From an uncultured Actinomycetota bacterium (GTDB taxonomy: Bacteria; Actinomycetota; Acidimicrobiia; Acidimicrobiales; Microtrichaceae): DNA of 64,000 nt. Location of the stretch: contig CAVZCC010000001.1 of assembly GCA_963773765.1 (NCBI GenBank), forward strand, positions 18,901 to 82,900. The letters are read 5' to 3'. Shown here piece after piece: positions 23,309 through 33,045 of this stretch (position 1 is the first letter of the stretch; each line of letters begins with the position of its first letter). The translations under genes were made by a program, and so were the position numbers. Below the pieces are notes generated by a model. The model was not told the DNA's origin. It ran no database searches and saw only the letters and a program-made list of their open reading frames with translations.

Positions 23309-23707
23309 TCAGGTGGTGCTGACGATGAGCACCGAGCAGCCGGCCTTGTGCGAGATGGTGTTGGTGACGCTGCCCAACACCCGGCCCTTGCCCTTCATCC
23401 CCTTGTTGCCGACCACGATCAGGTCGGCGTCGACCGAGTCGGCCACACCGAGGATGGCGTCGGCGGCGTCGCCGGGGACGGCGTGGCGGTGCAGCACACC
23501 GCCGAAGCCCGCGCCGAGGGAGGCCAGGAACTCCTCGGCCTCCCGCGTGGCCGGCTGCGTCTCCGGGTGCGCCCGGTCCCGGTAGGGGTCGAACGCCAGC
23601 ACCAGGTGCACCTCGGCGCCGACGGTGCCCGCCAGCTCCATGGCCTGGTCGATGGCGATCCGGGCCGCCTCGGTGCCGGCTGCGCCGACCACGATCCTGT
23701 CGTACAT
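23309..23707 (-). CDS. universal stress protein (UspA family)
   Basis: MYDRIVVGAAGTEAARIAIDQA...LIVVGNKGMKGKGRVLGSVTNTISHKAGCSVLIV. Confidence 0.75.
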   Translation of the reverse strand: MYDRIVVGAAGTEAARIAIDQAMELAGTVGAEVHLVLAFDPYRDRAHPETQPATREAEEFLASLGAGFGGVLHRHAVPGDAADAILGVADSVDADLIVVGNKGMKGKGRVLGSVTNTISHKAGCSVLIVSTT

Positions 23708-23789
23708 GCAACGCCTCCTGCTCGGGGCCGAGGCTAGACCCGGTCCGGCGTGTGCGACCGCACCGTCGGGCCCGGCGCCCCGGGCGGGC

Positions 23790-26058
23790 TCAGGCCGGGG
23801 CCACCTCCACCGGGATCCCGTTGACGGCGGCGTTGTTGCTGAGCGGGTCGATGGCCAGCGGATCGGCCAACTCGTTGTTGTTCACCCCGGCGTGCTCACG
23901 GGCCACGGACAACCTGGTGCCGTCCTTGGTGTGGCCCCATCCGTGGGGCAGGGAGACGACGCCCGGCATCATCTCGTCGCTCACCTCGACCGGGACCTCG
24001 ACCGAGCCGTGTGACGAGGTCACCCGGGCGACGCCGCGGTCCGCCACTCCGCACCGGGCGGCGTCGTGGGGATGGATCAGCAGGGTGCAGCGGTCCTTGC
24101 CCTTCACCAGAACGGCCACGTTGTGCATCCAGGAGTTGTTGGAGCGCAGGTGGCGCCGGGAGGTGAGCAGCAGCGAGTCGACCGGCCGGTCCAGGCGGGC
24201 GGCGAGCCGGGGGAGGTCGGACACGATGTAGTCGGGGGCCAGGTCGACCCGGCCGTCAGGGGTCCGCAGCACCTCCGCCAGACGGGGCACCATCGGGCCC
24301 ATGTCGATGCCGTGGGGTTCGTCCTTGAAGTGCTGCAGGGTCAGGCCCCCGGGATGCTCGCCGTAGTGGTCACCGAACTCGCCGGTGCGGATCTGCAGGT
24401 CCAGCATCCGCTCCGGACCTCGTTCGGTGTACAGGGGCATGACGGTGGCGGGGTCCACGCCCTTGGCCTCGCACAGCGCGCTCGAAGTAGCCGTCGTCCA
24501 GGTCGTCCACGTCGATCTCGTCGTAGCCCATGCCCAGCAGCATCGCCCCCAGGATGGCCAGCACCCGCCACTCGCCGGGGTGCCCGGCCGGTGGGTCCAT
24601 CACGGCGGGGGAGTAGTTGCCGACGGAGCGCACCGCCCAGCCCAGGATCAGGTCGTCGAAGTGGGGCTGCTCCAACGCGGCCAGACCGGGCAGGAGGACG
24701 TGGGCGTGGCGCGTGGTCTCGTTGAGGTAGTTGTCCACGCTGATCATGCAGTCGAGGGTGGCGAGCGCCTGGTCCAGGCGGGTGGGGTTGGTGCTGGAGA
24801 TGACGGGGTTGCCGGCGATGGTCACCAGCGCCTTCCAGGCCCGGTCGCCGCCGTCCAGGATCTCCTCGGCCAGGAGCCCCACCGGCAGCTGTCCCAGGAC
24901 CTCCGGCACGTCGCCCACCCGGGAGCGCCAACGGCCGAAGCTGACCCCGTCCGCCCACTGGGGGTCGTCCAGGCTGCTCACACCCCAGGCCACGGGCTTG
25001 GCCAGCATCAGGCCGCCCGGACGGTCGAAGTTGCCGGTGAGCACGTTGATGACGTCGACCAACCACGAGGCCAGCGTGCCGAACTCCTGGTTGCAGGTGC
25101 CGATGCGGCCGTAGAGCGCCGCCGTCGGGGCGCCGGCCAGCTCGTGGGCCAGGCGGCGGATGGTCCCGGCCGGCACTCCGCACGTGGCCGCGACACGCTC
25201 GGGGGACCAGTCGGCCACGAGGTCCCCGATGGTGTCCACGTGGTCCACCAGGGGATGGACGGACCCGGGGTCCACCAGGCCGTCGGCGAAGAGCACGTGG
25301 GCCATCGCCATCAGCAGGGCGGCGTCGGTGCCGGGCACGATGGGGACCCACTCGTCGGCCCGTTCCGCCGTTCCCGTCCGACGGGGGTCGATGACGACGA
25401 CCTTGCCGCCGCGCTCCCGGATGGCGTCCATCTTGGCCAGCACGTCGGCGCAGGCCAGGAGCGACCCGCCCGAGGCCTGTGGGTTGCCACCCATGATCAC
25501 CAGGTGGTCGGTCCGCTCCAGGTCCGGGGTCGGGATGGTCCACATGTTGCCGTAGAGCAGCATGGACGAGACGTTCTTGGGCCACTGGTCGATGGTGCCC
25601 GCGCTGTACAGGCACTCCAGCTGGGCCAGGCCGACGAACAGGCCGACGTAGCGGCTGAGCGAGAAGGCGTGGGCGACGGGGTTGCCGATGTAGGACGTGA
25701 TGGCCGAGCGACCGTGGCGCTCCGCCACGCCGGCGATCAGCTCGTCGCAGCGCCGGAACGCCTCCTCCCAGCTCACCTCCCGCCACTCGTCGCCGTCCCG
25801 CACCATGGGGACGCGGATGCGGTCGGGGTCCTGGTGGAGGTGCCCGAGCGTGGTCCCCTTGGGGCAGATGAAGCCCTGGCTCCAGACATCGTCCCGGTCG
25901 GCGCGGATGAGCTTGACCTCCCGGTCCTCGACATGGACCTCCAGGCCGCACATGGCCTCACACAACGGGCAGGTCCGGAGGTGGACGGTGCGGTCGCCGG
26001 TGACGGTCCGGTCGTTCGGGGCGGGGCGCTGGTTCATGGCGGGGCGCTGGTTCATGGC
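23790..26058 (-). CDS. molybdopterin oxidoreductase family protein (N-terminal CxxCxxxC 4Fe-4S motif); one frameshift near 24465; start codon region carries an 18-bp tandem duplication
   Basis: MNQRPAMNQRPAPND...LRTCPLCEAMCGLEVHV...DDGYFE (ORF 24370-26409 frame), then EAKGVDPATVMPLYTERGPERMLDLQIR... molybdopterin-binding C-terminal domain (ORF 23790-24458 frame). Confidence 0.65.
26023..26058. repeat. perfect 18-bp tandem duplication (ggggcgctggttcatggc x2) duplicating the ATG and first six codons (MNQRPA) of the molybdopterin oxidoreductase
   Basis: Seen directly in sequence. Confidence 0.9.
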
Positions 26059-26070
26059 GGGATGGTAGGG

Positions 26071-26102
26071 CCCGGTTCCTGAGGAGGACCGTGGGAACCG
26101 GG
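26071..26102. promoter_or_regulatory. 9-bp perfect inverted repeat cccggttcc-N14-ggaaccggg with GGAGG in the loop, in divergent oxidoreductase/desaturase intergenic region
   Basis: Seen directly in sequence. Confidence 0.35.
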
Positions 26103-26227
26103 TGCCCACGCCGTTGGCATGCGCACGACCGGGGCTACGGTCGACGGCACGCCTCTCCTTCCGGGCGTTCATCGGGTCCTTCGGGTAGCAGGGCGGCTCC
26201 GACGTGCCGACCCACTGCTGAGATCCC

Positions 26228-27208
26228 ATGACCCTGACCTCGTCCCTGGCCCATCCCGACCCGACCGGGGCGGCACCTGCGCCGCCCGGGCCGCCACCGG
26301 GGCCGTCGACCCCGGTGCTCCTGGCCCAACGGGCCTTCACGGCCCTCCTGGTGGTCGGGCCGCTGGCCGCGCTGAGCATCGCCGTCCCGTTCTGGTGGGG
26401 ACACGTCATCCACCTCCGTGACGTGATCCTGGCCGTGGTGCTCTACGCCGTGACCGGCCACGGCATCACCATCGGCTTCCACCGCCTGTTCACCCACCGC
26501 AGCTTCACCCCCAACCGGACCCTCAAGATCGCGCTTGCCGTCAGCGGATCCATGGCCGTCGAGGGCTCCGTCATCGGATGGGTGGCCGGGCACCGGCGCC
26601 ACCACCGCTTCAGCGACAAGCCCGGTGATCCGCACTCCCCCCATCGCTACGGTGCCGGCGTCGGTCGCCAGCTGCGCGGCCTGGCCTTCGCCCACGTGGG
26701 CTGGCTGTTCGCGGACGATCCCACCTGCTCGGCCCGGTACGCCCCGGACCTGGAGGCCGACCCCGACCTGGTCCGGGTCAGCCGGCTCTTCCCCTTGTTC
26801 GCGGCGCTGTCCTTCGCCCTGCCCTTCGGGTTGGGCTGGGCGCTGTCGGGCACCATCGGGGGCGCCCTCGGCGCCCTCCTGTGGGCGGGTGCGGTCCGGA
26901 TGTTCCTGCTGCACCACGTCACGTGGAGCATCAACTCGGTCTGCCACATGTTCGGCACGCGTCCGTTCCGGACCAAGGACCGCAGCACCAACGTGGCTCC
27001 GCTCGCCGTGCTGACCATGGGGGAGTCGTGGCACAACCTGCACCACGCCTACCCCCAGTCGGCCCGCCACGGTGTGCTACCCGGCCAGCGGGACTCCTCC
27101 GCGGCGCTGATCCGGCTGTTCGAACGGGCGGGCTGGGCCACCGAGGTGCACTGGCCGGACCCGGACCGGGTGGCGTCCCTGCTGGTCGCACCGGTGCCTG
27201 CCCGCTGA
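26228..27208 (+). CDS. acyl-CoA/fatty-acid desaturase (membrane, three His boxes), intact
   Basis: HRLFTHR, HRRHHRF and HNLHHAY histidine boxes. Confidence 0.8.
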   Translation: MTLTSSLAHPDPTGAAPAPPGPPPGPSTPVLLAQRAFTALLVVGPLAALSIAVPFWWGHVIHLRDVILAVVLYAVTGHGITIGFHRLFTHRSFTPNRTLKIALAVSGSMAVEGSVIGWVAGHRRHHRFSDKPGDPHSPHRYGAGVGRQLRGLAFAHVGWLFADDPTCSARYAPDLEADPDLVRVSRLFPLFAALSFALPFGLGWALSGTIGGALGALLWAGAVRMFLLHHVTWSINSVCHMFGTRPFRTKDRSTNVAPLAVLTMGESWHNLHHAYPQSARHGVLPGQRDSSAALIRLFERAGWATEVHWPDPDRVASLLVAPVPAR

Positions 27209-27244
27209 GGTCGGGGTCCGGGCCGGCACGCCGGATGAATCGGC

Positions 27245-27688
27245 TCAGCGCCGACGCGTGAGGCGCACCCGGCGCACGTCGAGCGGCTCGCCCGTGGTCT
27301 CGTCCACCACGCGGGGCCGGACCTCGGCACCGGTCTCCGCGTCCACGAGCATGAGTGGTCGCGCGTCGTCGCCGAAGAGCCAGTCGTCGCCCCAGCGCCA
27401 CATGGCCGCCAGCACCGGGTAGAACTCCGCGCCCTTCCGGGTCAGGCGGTACTCGTGGCGTTCCGGGTGCCGTTGGTAGGGCTCCCGGCGCAGCATCCCC
27501 TCCCGGACCAGGCGATCGAGCCGGGAGGCCAGGGTGGCCCGGGGGATGTCCAGGTGGGCCTGGAAGTCCTCGAACCGTCGGACCCCGCTGCACGCCTCCC
27601 GCATGACCAGCGGCGTCCACCAGTCGCCGATCAGGTCGGTGGTGCGCGCGATCGGGCACGGAGCCTGGTCGAACCGGGTGCGCCGCAT
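27245..27688 (-). CDS. HxlR-family transcriptional regulator
   Basis: ...CPIARTTDLIGDWWTPLVMREACSGVRRFEDFQAHLDIPRATLASRLDRLVREGML; its ATG (27686-27688) overlaps the TGA (27688-27690) of the upstream oxidoreductase. Confidence 0.75.
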   Translation of the reverse strand: MRRTRFDQAPCPIARTTDLIGDWWTPLVMREACSGVRRFEDFQAHLDIPRATLASRLDRLVREGMLRREPYQRHPERHEYRLTRKGAEFYPVLAAMWRWGDDWLFGDDARPLMLVDAETGAEVRPRVVDETTGEPLDVRRVRLTRRR

Positions 27689-29988
27689 CAGCCCAGGACC
27701 TCCACCCGGGCCGGCACGTGCTTGTGCCACGGGGTGCCGGCCAGCCAGTCGCGGTCGGCGCCGGAGGTGAGCTCGTTGGGCGCCGCCCCGGGACCGGCGG
27801 TGGCGCCGGCGTCCTCGCCGGTCAGGCCCATGCCGTTGGGCAGGGTGATGTGGCCGGTCCGCAGGGAGTCGTTGAGCTCCACCACCGTGGTGGCACTGCC
27901 CCGACGGGTGCTGACCGTGACCCTCGACCCGTCGGTGACCCCCAGCGAGGCGGCATCGTCGGGGTGCATGCGCAACGCGCCGTCGGCGTCCGAGCGCCGC
28001 CACGCCGGATCCCGGTAGATCGTGTTGGCGGTGGAGGACCGGCGCTCGCCCGCGGACAGGACGAACGGGAACTCCGGGCCACCCTGCGCCGGGCCGTCGG
28101 CGGGCAGCGAGGACAGCTCCTCCAACAACTCCGGCACCACCAGGTGGATCCTCCCGTCGGGATGGTCGATGCGGTTCCAGGTCTCCTCGTAGGGGTCCAC
28201 GGTGAAGGTGACCCCGCCTCCGGCGAGGAGGGCCTGGAACAGGGCCTCGCCGTCGGCGTGGCCGGCCCGCTGCACCGCCTCCGGGAAGGCGAGTGCGCAC
28301 GTCTGGGCCAGCCCCCACACCGCGGCGGCGGCCTCGTTGCCCGGGCCCAGGGTCGGGCCGAGCGTCTCGTACAGGACCGGCGCCGCCATGGGTGCCAGGT
28401 CCGGTCGTTCCGCCATGAGGGTCAGGAACGCGGTGGCGTAGGCGGCCCGGCCCTCCGCCGCCGCTTCGTGGAGGGGCCGGAGGTCGTCGTCGTCGTAGGC
28501 GCCCAGGGCCCGCACCAGCCGGCGGTGGATCTCCGGTTCGGGCAGCGTGCCGGGGAGGGGGGAGAGCACCGGGGCCCGGAGCTGGGCCACGTTGTGGGGG
28601 AACTCCAGGTTGAAGAAGGTCATCTCCCACTTCTCGAACTGCGATGCCGCCGGCAGCACGTAGTCGGCGTGGCGGGCGGTCTCGGTGAGGGCCACGTCGA
28701 TGACCACCACCAGGTCCAGGGCGTCGAGCGCCTCCCGCATGCGGGGGGAGTCGGGCAGCGAGTGGGCCGGGTTGGCGCTCTCCACGACCATGGCCCGGAA
28801 GCGGTCCGGGTGGTCGGTGAGGATCTCGTCGGGGATGGCGGTGCACGGCACCAGCCCGGTGATGATGCGCGCCCCGGTGACCGGCGTGACCCGCTCCCGG
28901 CCGGGGCCGGCCGGTCCGCCTCCCCCTCCCAGGCTGGCGAAGCGGGAGTGGATGTTCATCGTCCCGGGCCGGGCGAAGTTCCCGGTGAGCAGGTACAGCA
29001 GCTTCTCCAGGTAGGAGTTGAGGGTGCTCTGCGGTGCCTGCTGGATGCCGAGGTCCTCGAAGATCGACACGCTGGCGGCCCCGGCGATGCGTGCGGCCGC
29101 GGACCGGACCAGCGACTCCTCCACGCCGGCCACGGCGCAGGCGGCGGCGATGTCCACGGCCCGCAGGTGCGTGGCCAGGTCGGCGTAGCCGTCGGTGTGC
29201 CCGACCACGAAGTCCTGGTCCACCAGGCCCTCCGCCACCAGCACCGCCAGCAGCGCGGACAGGCACCATGCGTCGGTGCCGGGGCGGACCTGGAGGTGGA
29301 TGTCCGCCATGGCCGCCGTCTCGGTGCGGCGGGGGTCGATCACGACCATGGCCCGGTCCGGGTCCTTGGCGATCGCCTTGAGCACCGTCCGGGCCCGGGG
29401 GAAGCCGTGGGACTGCCACGGGTTCTTGCCGACGAACACCACCACCTCGGCCCGCTCGTAGTCCCCGGTGGTGTGGCAGCGGGGACGGCCGAACAGCTGG
29501 CCGTCCACCCAGAACTCGCCGGTCTTCTCCTGGGCCAGGGCGTTGGACGAGTAGATGGAGCCCACGGCGGCCCGCAGGGCCCGGCCGTAGCCGCCACCCA
29601 GGTGGTTCCCCTGGCCACCGCCGCCGTAGTAGAAGATCGACGCGCCGCCGTGGGTGTCGCGGACGCGGGCCAGGCCTGCGGCGACCTCCGTGATGGCCGT
29701 GTCCCAGTCGACGGCCTCGAACGTGCCGTCCGCCCGCCGGCGCAGTGGCGTGGTCAGGCGACCCCCGAAGTTCTGGTAGTGGTCCAGGCGCAGCGCCTTC
29801 TCACAGGTGTAGCCGCCCGATCCCGGATGTGACTTGTCCCCCCGCACGCGGGCGAAGCGCCGGCCGTCCAGGCGCACCTCGATGCCGCAGTTGATGGAGC
29901 ACAGGATGCACGCGGTCCGGTGCCAGGCCTGGTCCCCGCCCGGGGACTCCGCCCCCTCCGCGGTGGTGCGGTCCTCGGTCGTGGTCAT
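27688..29988 (-). CDS. molybdopterin oxidoreductase family protein, 766 aa, intact
   Basis: MTTTEDRTT...CILCSINCGIEV...GGYTCEKA...; full-length ORF without interruption. Confidence 0.75.
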   Translation of the reverse strand: MTTTEDRTTAEGAESPGGDQAWHRTACILCSINCGIEVRLDGRRFARVRGDKSHPGSGGYTCEKALRLDHYQNFGGRLTTPLRRRADGTFEAVDWDTAITEVAAGLARVRDTHGGASIFYYGGGGQGNHLGGGYGRALRAAVGSIYSSNALAQEKTGEFWVDGQLFGRPRCHTTGDYERAEVVVFVGKNPWQSHGFPRARTVLKAIAKDPDRAMVVIDPRRTETAAMADIHLQVRPGTDAWCLSALLAVLVAEGLVDQDFVVGHTDGYADLATHLRAVDIAAACAVAGVEESLVRSAAARIAGAASVSIFEDLGIQQAPQSTLNSYLEKLLYLLTGNFARPGTMNIHSRFASLGGGGGPAGPGRERVTPVTGARIITGLVPCTAIPDEILTDHPDRFRAMVVESANPAHSLPDSPRMREALDALDLVVVIDVALTETARHADYVLPAASQFEKWEMTFFNLEFPHNVAQLRAPVLSPLPGTLPEPEIHRRLVRALGAYDDDDLRPLHEAAAEGRAAYATAFLTLMAERPDLAPMAAPVLYETLGPTLGPGNEAAAAVWGLAQTCALAFPEAVQRAGHADGEALFQALLAGGGVTFTVDPYEETWNRIDHPDGRIHLVVPELLEELSSLPADGPAQGGPEFPFVLSAGERRSSTANTIYRDPAWRRSDADGALRMHPDDAASLGVTDGSRVTVSTRRGSATTVVELNDSLRTGHITLPNGMGLTGEDAGATAGPGAAPNELTSGADRDWLAGTPWHKHVPARVEVLG

Positions 29989-30014
29989 GGTTCCCTCCGG
30001 TGCCGGTGGCCTGC

Positions 30015-30050
30015 GACTCAGTTCAACGACTCAGTTCAACGACTGAACTG
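30015..30050. promoter_or_regulatory. relatively AT-rich direct repeat (gactcagttcaac x2) ending in 7-bp-arm palindrome cagttca-acgac-tgaactg, in divergent promoter region
   Basis: Lies between the oxidoreductase (27688-29988, minus) and the hypothetical/flotillin genes (plus); candidate operator. Confidence 0.35.
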
Positions 30051-30100
30051 TAGCGCTCGTTGGTGCGTGCGGGAGGGGGCCGCGCCCTAGCGTTGGTGCC

Positions 30101-30895
30101 GTGGGACGACCGAGTGACGACGCCGCGGACCGGGAGCAGGTCGCAGCAGAGCTCGACGCGGTCCGCCCGTACCTGGACCTGGCCAAGGAGATCCAGCGCC
30201 AGGTGGAGCGGTTCGCCGCCGATGACGCGGCCGAGGTCGAGTCGTTGGTGCAGGCCATCGACGCCATCCCCCGACGCGAGCGGGCCCGCGTGGCCCGGGC
30301 CATCTTCGACCGGCTGCCGGCCGAGCAGCAGTGGACGATCGTGGAGCGGGTGTTCGGTGACGAGGAGATCAGCACGTACCTCGCGGAGGTCCGGGACCAG
30401 CGACTGCGACGGGCGCGTGAGGGTGACGTGCTGGGCTCACTGGCCCGGGCGGCCCGCGCCACCGGGCACCTCGACACCGCGGGGCTCCCGCCCGGGACCG
30501 AGCTGACGCTGGGCCTGTTCCGGCCCCAGGACGTCCGGGCCGCCGTGGCCCGGGGCCGCGACTCCGCCGTGTGCGCCCGGCGCCTGGTGCTGCGGGCCAC
30601 GGCGGAACCCGGCGCCTTCCGCGTGGTCGAGGACGTGTTCAACCCCCGGCGGGGCCTGTTCGTGACCGCGGACTACGACGAGCGGGTCTGGTCCGAGGAG
30701 CGGCTGTCGGGCCACCGCCTGGTCCGGGTGGGCTCACTGGTGGACGAGGACGGCATGACGGCCCTGCAGCCGACCCTCTATCCCGGGGCCCGGGTGGACC
30801 TCCAACCGGACCGGGACGGGGCCGGCACGGAGGGCCGACTGCACCTCGGCTACGCCGTCGTCGGGGATGAGGACGTCTTCGCCCACCGTTCCTGA
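30101..30895 (+). CDS. hypothetical protein (264 aa), no family recognised
   Basis: ORF with protein-like (non-GC-skewed) composition; lies immediately upstream of the flotillin gene. Confidence 0.4.
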   Translation: MGRPSDDAADREQVAAELDAVRPYLDLAKEIQRQVERFAADDAAEVESLVQAIDAIPRRERARVARAIFDRLPAEQQWTIVERVFGDEEISTYLAEVRDQRLRRAREGDVLGSLARAARATGHLDTAGLPPGTELTLGLFRPQDVRAAVARGRDSAVCARRLVLRATAEPGAFRVVEDVFNPRRGLFVTADYDERVWSEERLSGHRLVRVGSLVDEDGMTALQPTLYPGARVDLQPDRDGAGTEGRLHLGYAVVGDEDVFAHRS

Positions 30896-30988
30896 GGCGG
30901 GCGCCGTACAGTCGACCATGGTGACCTCCTCCGGAGGTCTCCATGGTCGTGACCTCCTCCGGAGGTCTTGAGACGGAAGGGCTGTTCG

Positions 30989-33013
30989 ATGGATCCCCTG
31001 AGTGTCCTCGTCGTCGTGGTGGTCGTGGCGTTCCTGGTGGTGATCCTGGGCCTGCGCAGCTTCCACTCCATCGGCCCCTCCGAGGTCGGACTGGTGGGCA
31101 AGCGGATCGGCAGGCGCATCGGCGACGACCAGTTGGTCGCGCTCAACGGCGAGGCCGGCTACCAGGCCGACCTGCTCATGCCCGGCCTGCGGTTCAAGCT
31201 GTGGCCGCTGTTCAAGGTGGAGCGCTTCCCGTGGGTCCAGGTCCCACCGGACCACATCGGCATCGTCATCGCCCAGGTGGGCGACGCGGTGCCGACCGGC
31301 GCCAAGTCCGCGGTCTACAAGCCGGAGTTCGACAGCTTCGCCGACACCCGGGCCTTCCTCGCCAACGGGGGACAGCGGGGCGTGCAGCGTCCGGTGCTCC
31401 CTCCCGGCACCATCGCGCCGATCCACCCCATCGGCTTCGTGGTCATCACCAGTGACGAGGTGTTCGGCAAGCCCGTGTCCGACTCCACCCTCACCGCGGC
31501 CCAACAGGTGGAGGCCGCCGCGCTGCGGGTCACCCACATCACCCCCCAGGGCGACCGCGACGTGGTGGGCGTCGTCACCACGCTGGAGGGGCCGCCGTCG
31601 GGAGACATCGCCAGCCGGATCGGCGGGTTCTCCGACGTGACGGCCATGGAGCAGTCCGGCGCCGGCTCCGCGGTGCAGATCATCCAGGCCGTGCTGCGGT
31701 CCAAGAACGACCTGCACGACAACTACCAGGACTACCAGCGGTTCCTGGAGAGCGGCGGCTGCATCGGCCTGCAGCACGACCCGCTGCTCTATGGCTCCTA
31801 CCTGCTCAACCCGTTCCTGGTGAAGGTGGAGCTGCGCGAGATGCTGGTGGTCCGCCAGGGCGAGGTGGCGGTCATCAAGTCCTACGTCGGGCTCCCCACC
31901 GAGGACACCTCGGGGGAGGAGTTCAAGTTCGGCTCCATCGTGAAGCCGGGCCACCAGGGCATCTGGTCCGAGCCGCTGCGGACGGGCAAGTACACGCTGA
32001 ACCCCCGCATCTACGAGGCCGAGATCGTCCCCACGTCGATCCTGACCCTCAACTGGTCCCACGCCACCTCCGATGCCCACAGCCTGGACGAGCGCCTGGC
32101 CCCCATCGAGGCCAAGTCCAAGGAGGCGTTCGCGTTCAGCATCGACCTCCAGGTCCAGATCCACGTGCCCGACACCCGCGCCCCCAAGGTGATCTCCATG
32201 GTGGGCACCATGCAGAACCTGGTGAACGAGGTGCTGCAGTCGGCGGTGGGGAACTACTTCCGCAACAAGCTCCAGACCCTGGGCGCGACCGAGTTCATCG
32301 AGAAGCGCGACGAGGTCCAGAACGCGGCCGAGGGCTACATCCAGCAGTACCTGTCCCGTTACGAGGTGGAGACCCGGGGCGTGTACATCCAGGACGTGAT
32401 CTTCCCGGCCGACCTGGTGGAGGTCCTCACCAGCCGTGAGATCGCGGCACAGGAGCGGGCCACGTTCGCCCAGCAACGAGCCGCCCAGGAGGCCCGGGTG
32501 AGTCTGGAGCAGCAGCGCGGCGTGGCCGACATGCAGGCCCAGCTGGCCCAGGCCAACGTGTCGGTGGACATCGAGAAGTCACGGGCCCAGGCCGCCAGCG
32601 CCCGGGCCGACGGCGAGGCCGCGGTGATCACGGTGACCGGCGCGGCGGAGGCCACACGGACCCGGGACATCGGCAATGCCAACGCGTCGGCCGAGGAGGC
32701 ACTGGGCCTGGCCCGGGCCAAGGGATTCGACGCGCAGCGCCGCGCCATCGGATCGGAGCAGACCGCCATGGTGGCCGCGCTGCGGGAGGTGGCATCGGGC
32801 CACGTCAAGATCGTCCCCGACATCCAGGTCGGGGGCGACAGCGGTGTGCTCGGTGGCCTCGGCGCGCTGCTCATGCGCTCCCTGGCCGAGGGCAGCGGCG
32901 AACCTGCCGACGGCCTGCCCGCGGGCGGCGACGGCGACGTGGCACCGGAACCGGAACCGGAACCGGAACCGGAACCGGAACCGGAACCGGAACCGGAGAC
33001 CGGACCGAGCTGA
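30989..33013 (+). CDS. flotillin/SPFH (band 7) family protein with C-terminal (PE)8 acidic tail
   Basis: N-terminal TM helix (LVVVVVVAFLVVILGL), SPFH region, Ala/Gln/Glu-rich coiled-coil flotillin C-terminus, ends APEPEPEPEPEPEPEPEPETGPS. Confidence 0.75.
   Translation: MDPLSVLVVVVVVAFLVVILGLRSFHSIGPSEVGLVGKRIGRRIGDDQLVALNGEAGYQADLLMPGLRFKLWPLFKVERFPWVQVPPDHIGIVIAQVGDAVPTGAKSAVYKPEFDSFADTRAFLANGGQRGVQRPVLPPGTIAPIHPIGFVVITSDEVFGKPVSDSTLTAAQQVEAAALRVTHITPQGDRDVVGVVTTLEGPPSGDIASRIGGFSDVTAMEQSGAGSAVQIIQAVLRSKNDLHDNYQDYQRFLESGGCIGLQHDPLLYGSYLLNPFLVKVELREMLVVRQGEVAVIKSYVGLPTEDTSGEEFKFGSIVKPGHQGIWSEPLRTGKYTLNPRIYEAEIVPTSILTLNWSHATSDAHSLDERLAPIEAKSKEAFAFSIDLQVQIHVPDTRAPKVISMVGTMQNLVNEVLQSAVGNYFRNKLQTLGATEFIEKRDEVQNAAEGYIQQYLSRYEVETRGVYIQDVIFPADLVEVLTSREIAAQERATFAQQRAAQEARVSLEQQRGVADMQAQLAQANVSVDIEKSRAQAASARADGEAAVITVTGAAEATRTRDIGNANASAEEALGLARAKGFDAQRRAIGSEQTAMVAALREVASGHVKIVPDIQVGGDSGVLGGLGALLMRSLAEGSGEPADGLPAGGDGDVAPEPEPEPEPEPEPEPEPETGPS
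32945..32998. repeat. (CCGGAA)8 plus CCGGAG hexanucleotide microsatellite encoding (PE)n tail of flotillin
   Basis: Perfect hexamer array seen directly in sequence. Confidence 0.95.
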
Positions 33014-33045
33014 CCGGGCTGACCGGGCTGACCACCGGCCCCGGG
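33003..33045. terminator. tgaccgggc x2.5 tandem 9-mers ending in palindrome ctgacc-N10-ggtcag between convergent flotillin and GNAT genes
   Basis: GC-rich stem without U-tract; actinobacterial-style terminator candidate. Confidence 0.3.

Noticed and set aside
26091-26231. Possible 46-codon upstream ORF (GTG 26091 to TGA 26229-26231) overlapping the desaturase ATG, downstream of GGAGG in a hairpin loop
   Set aside because: SD-to-GTG spacing is only 3 nt and the peptide is R/G/P-rich non-protein-like. Kept only as a note; the inverted repeat itself is reported.
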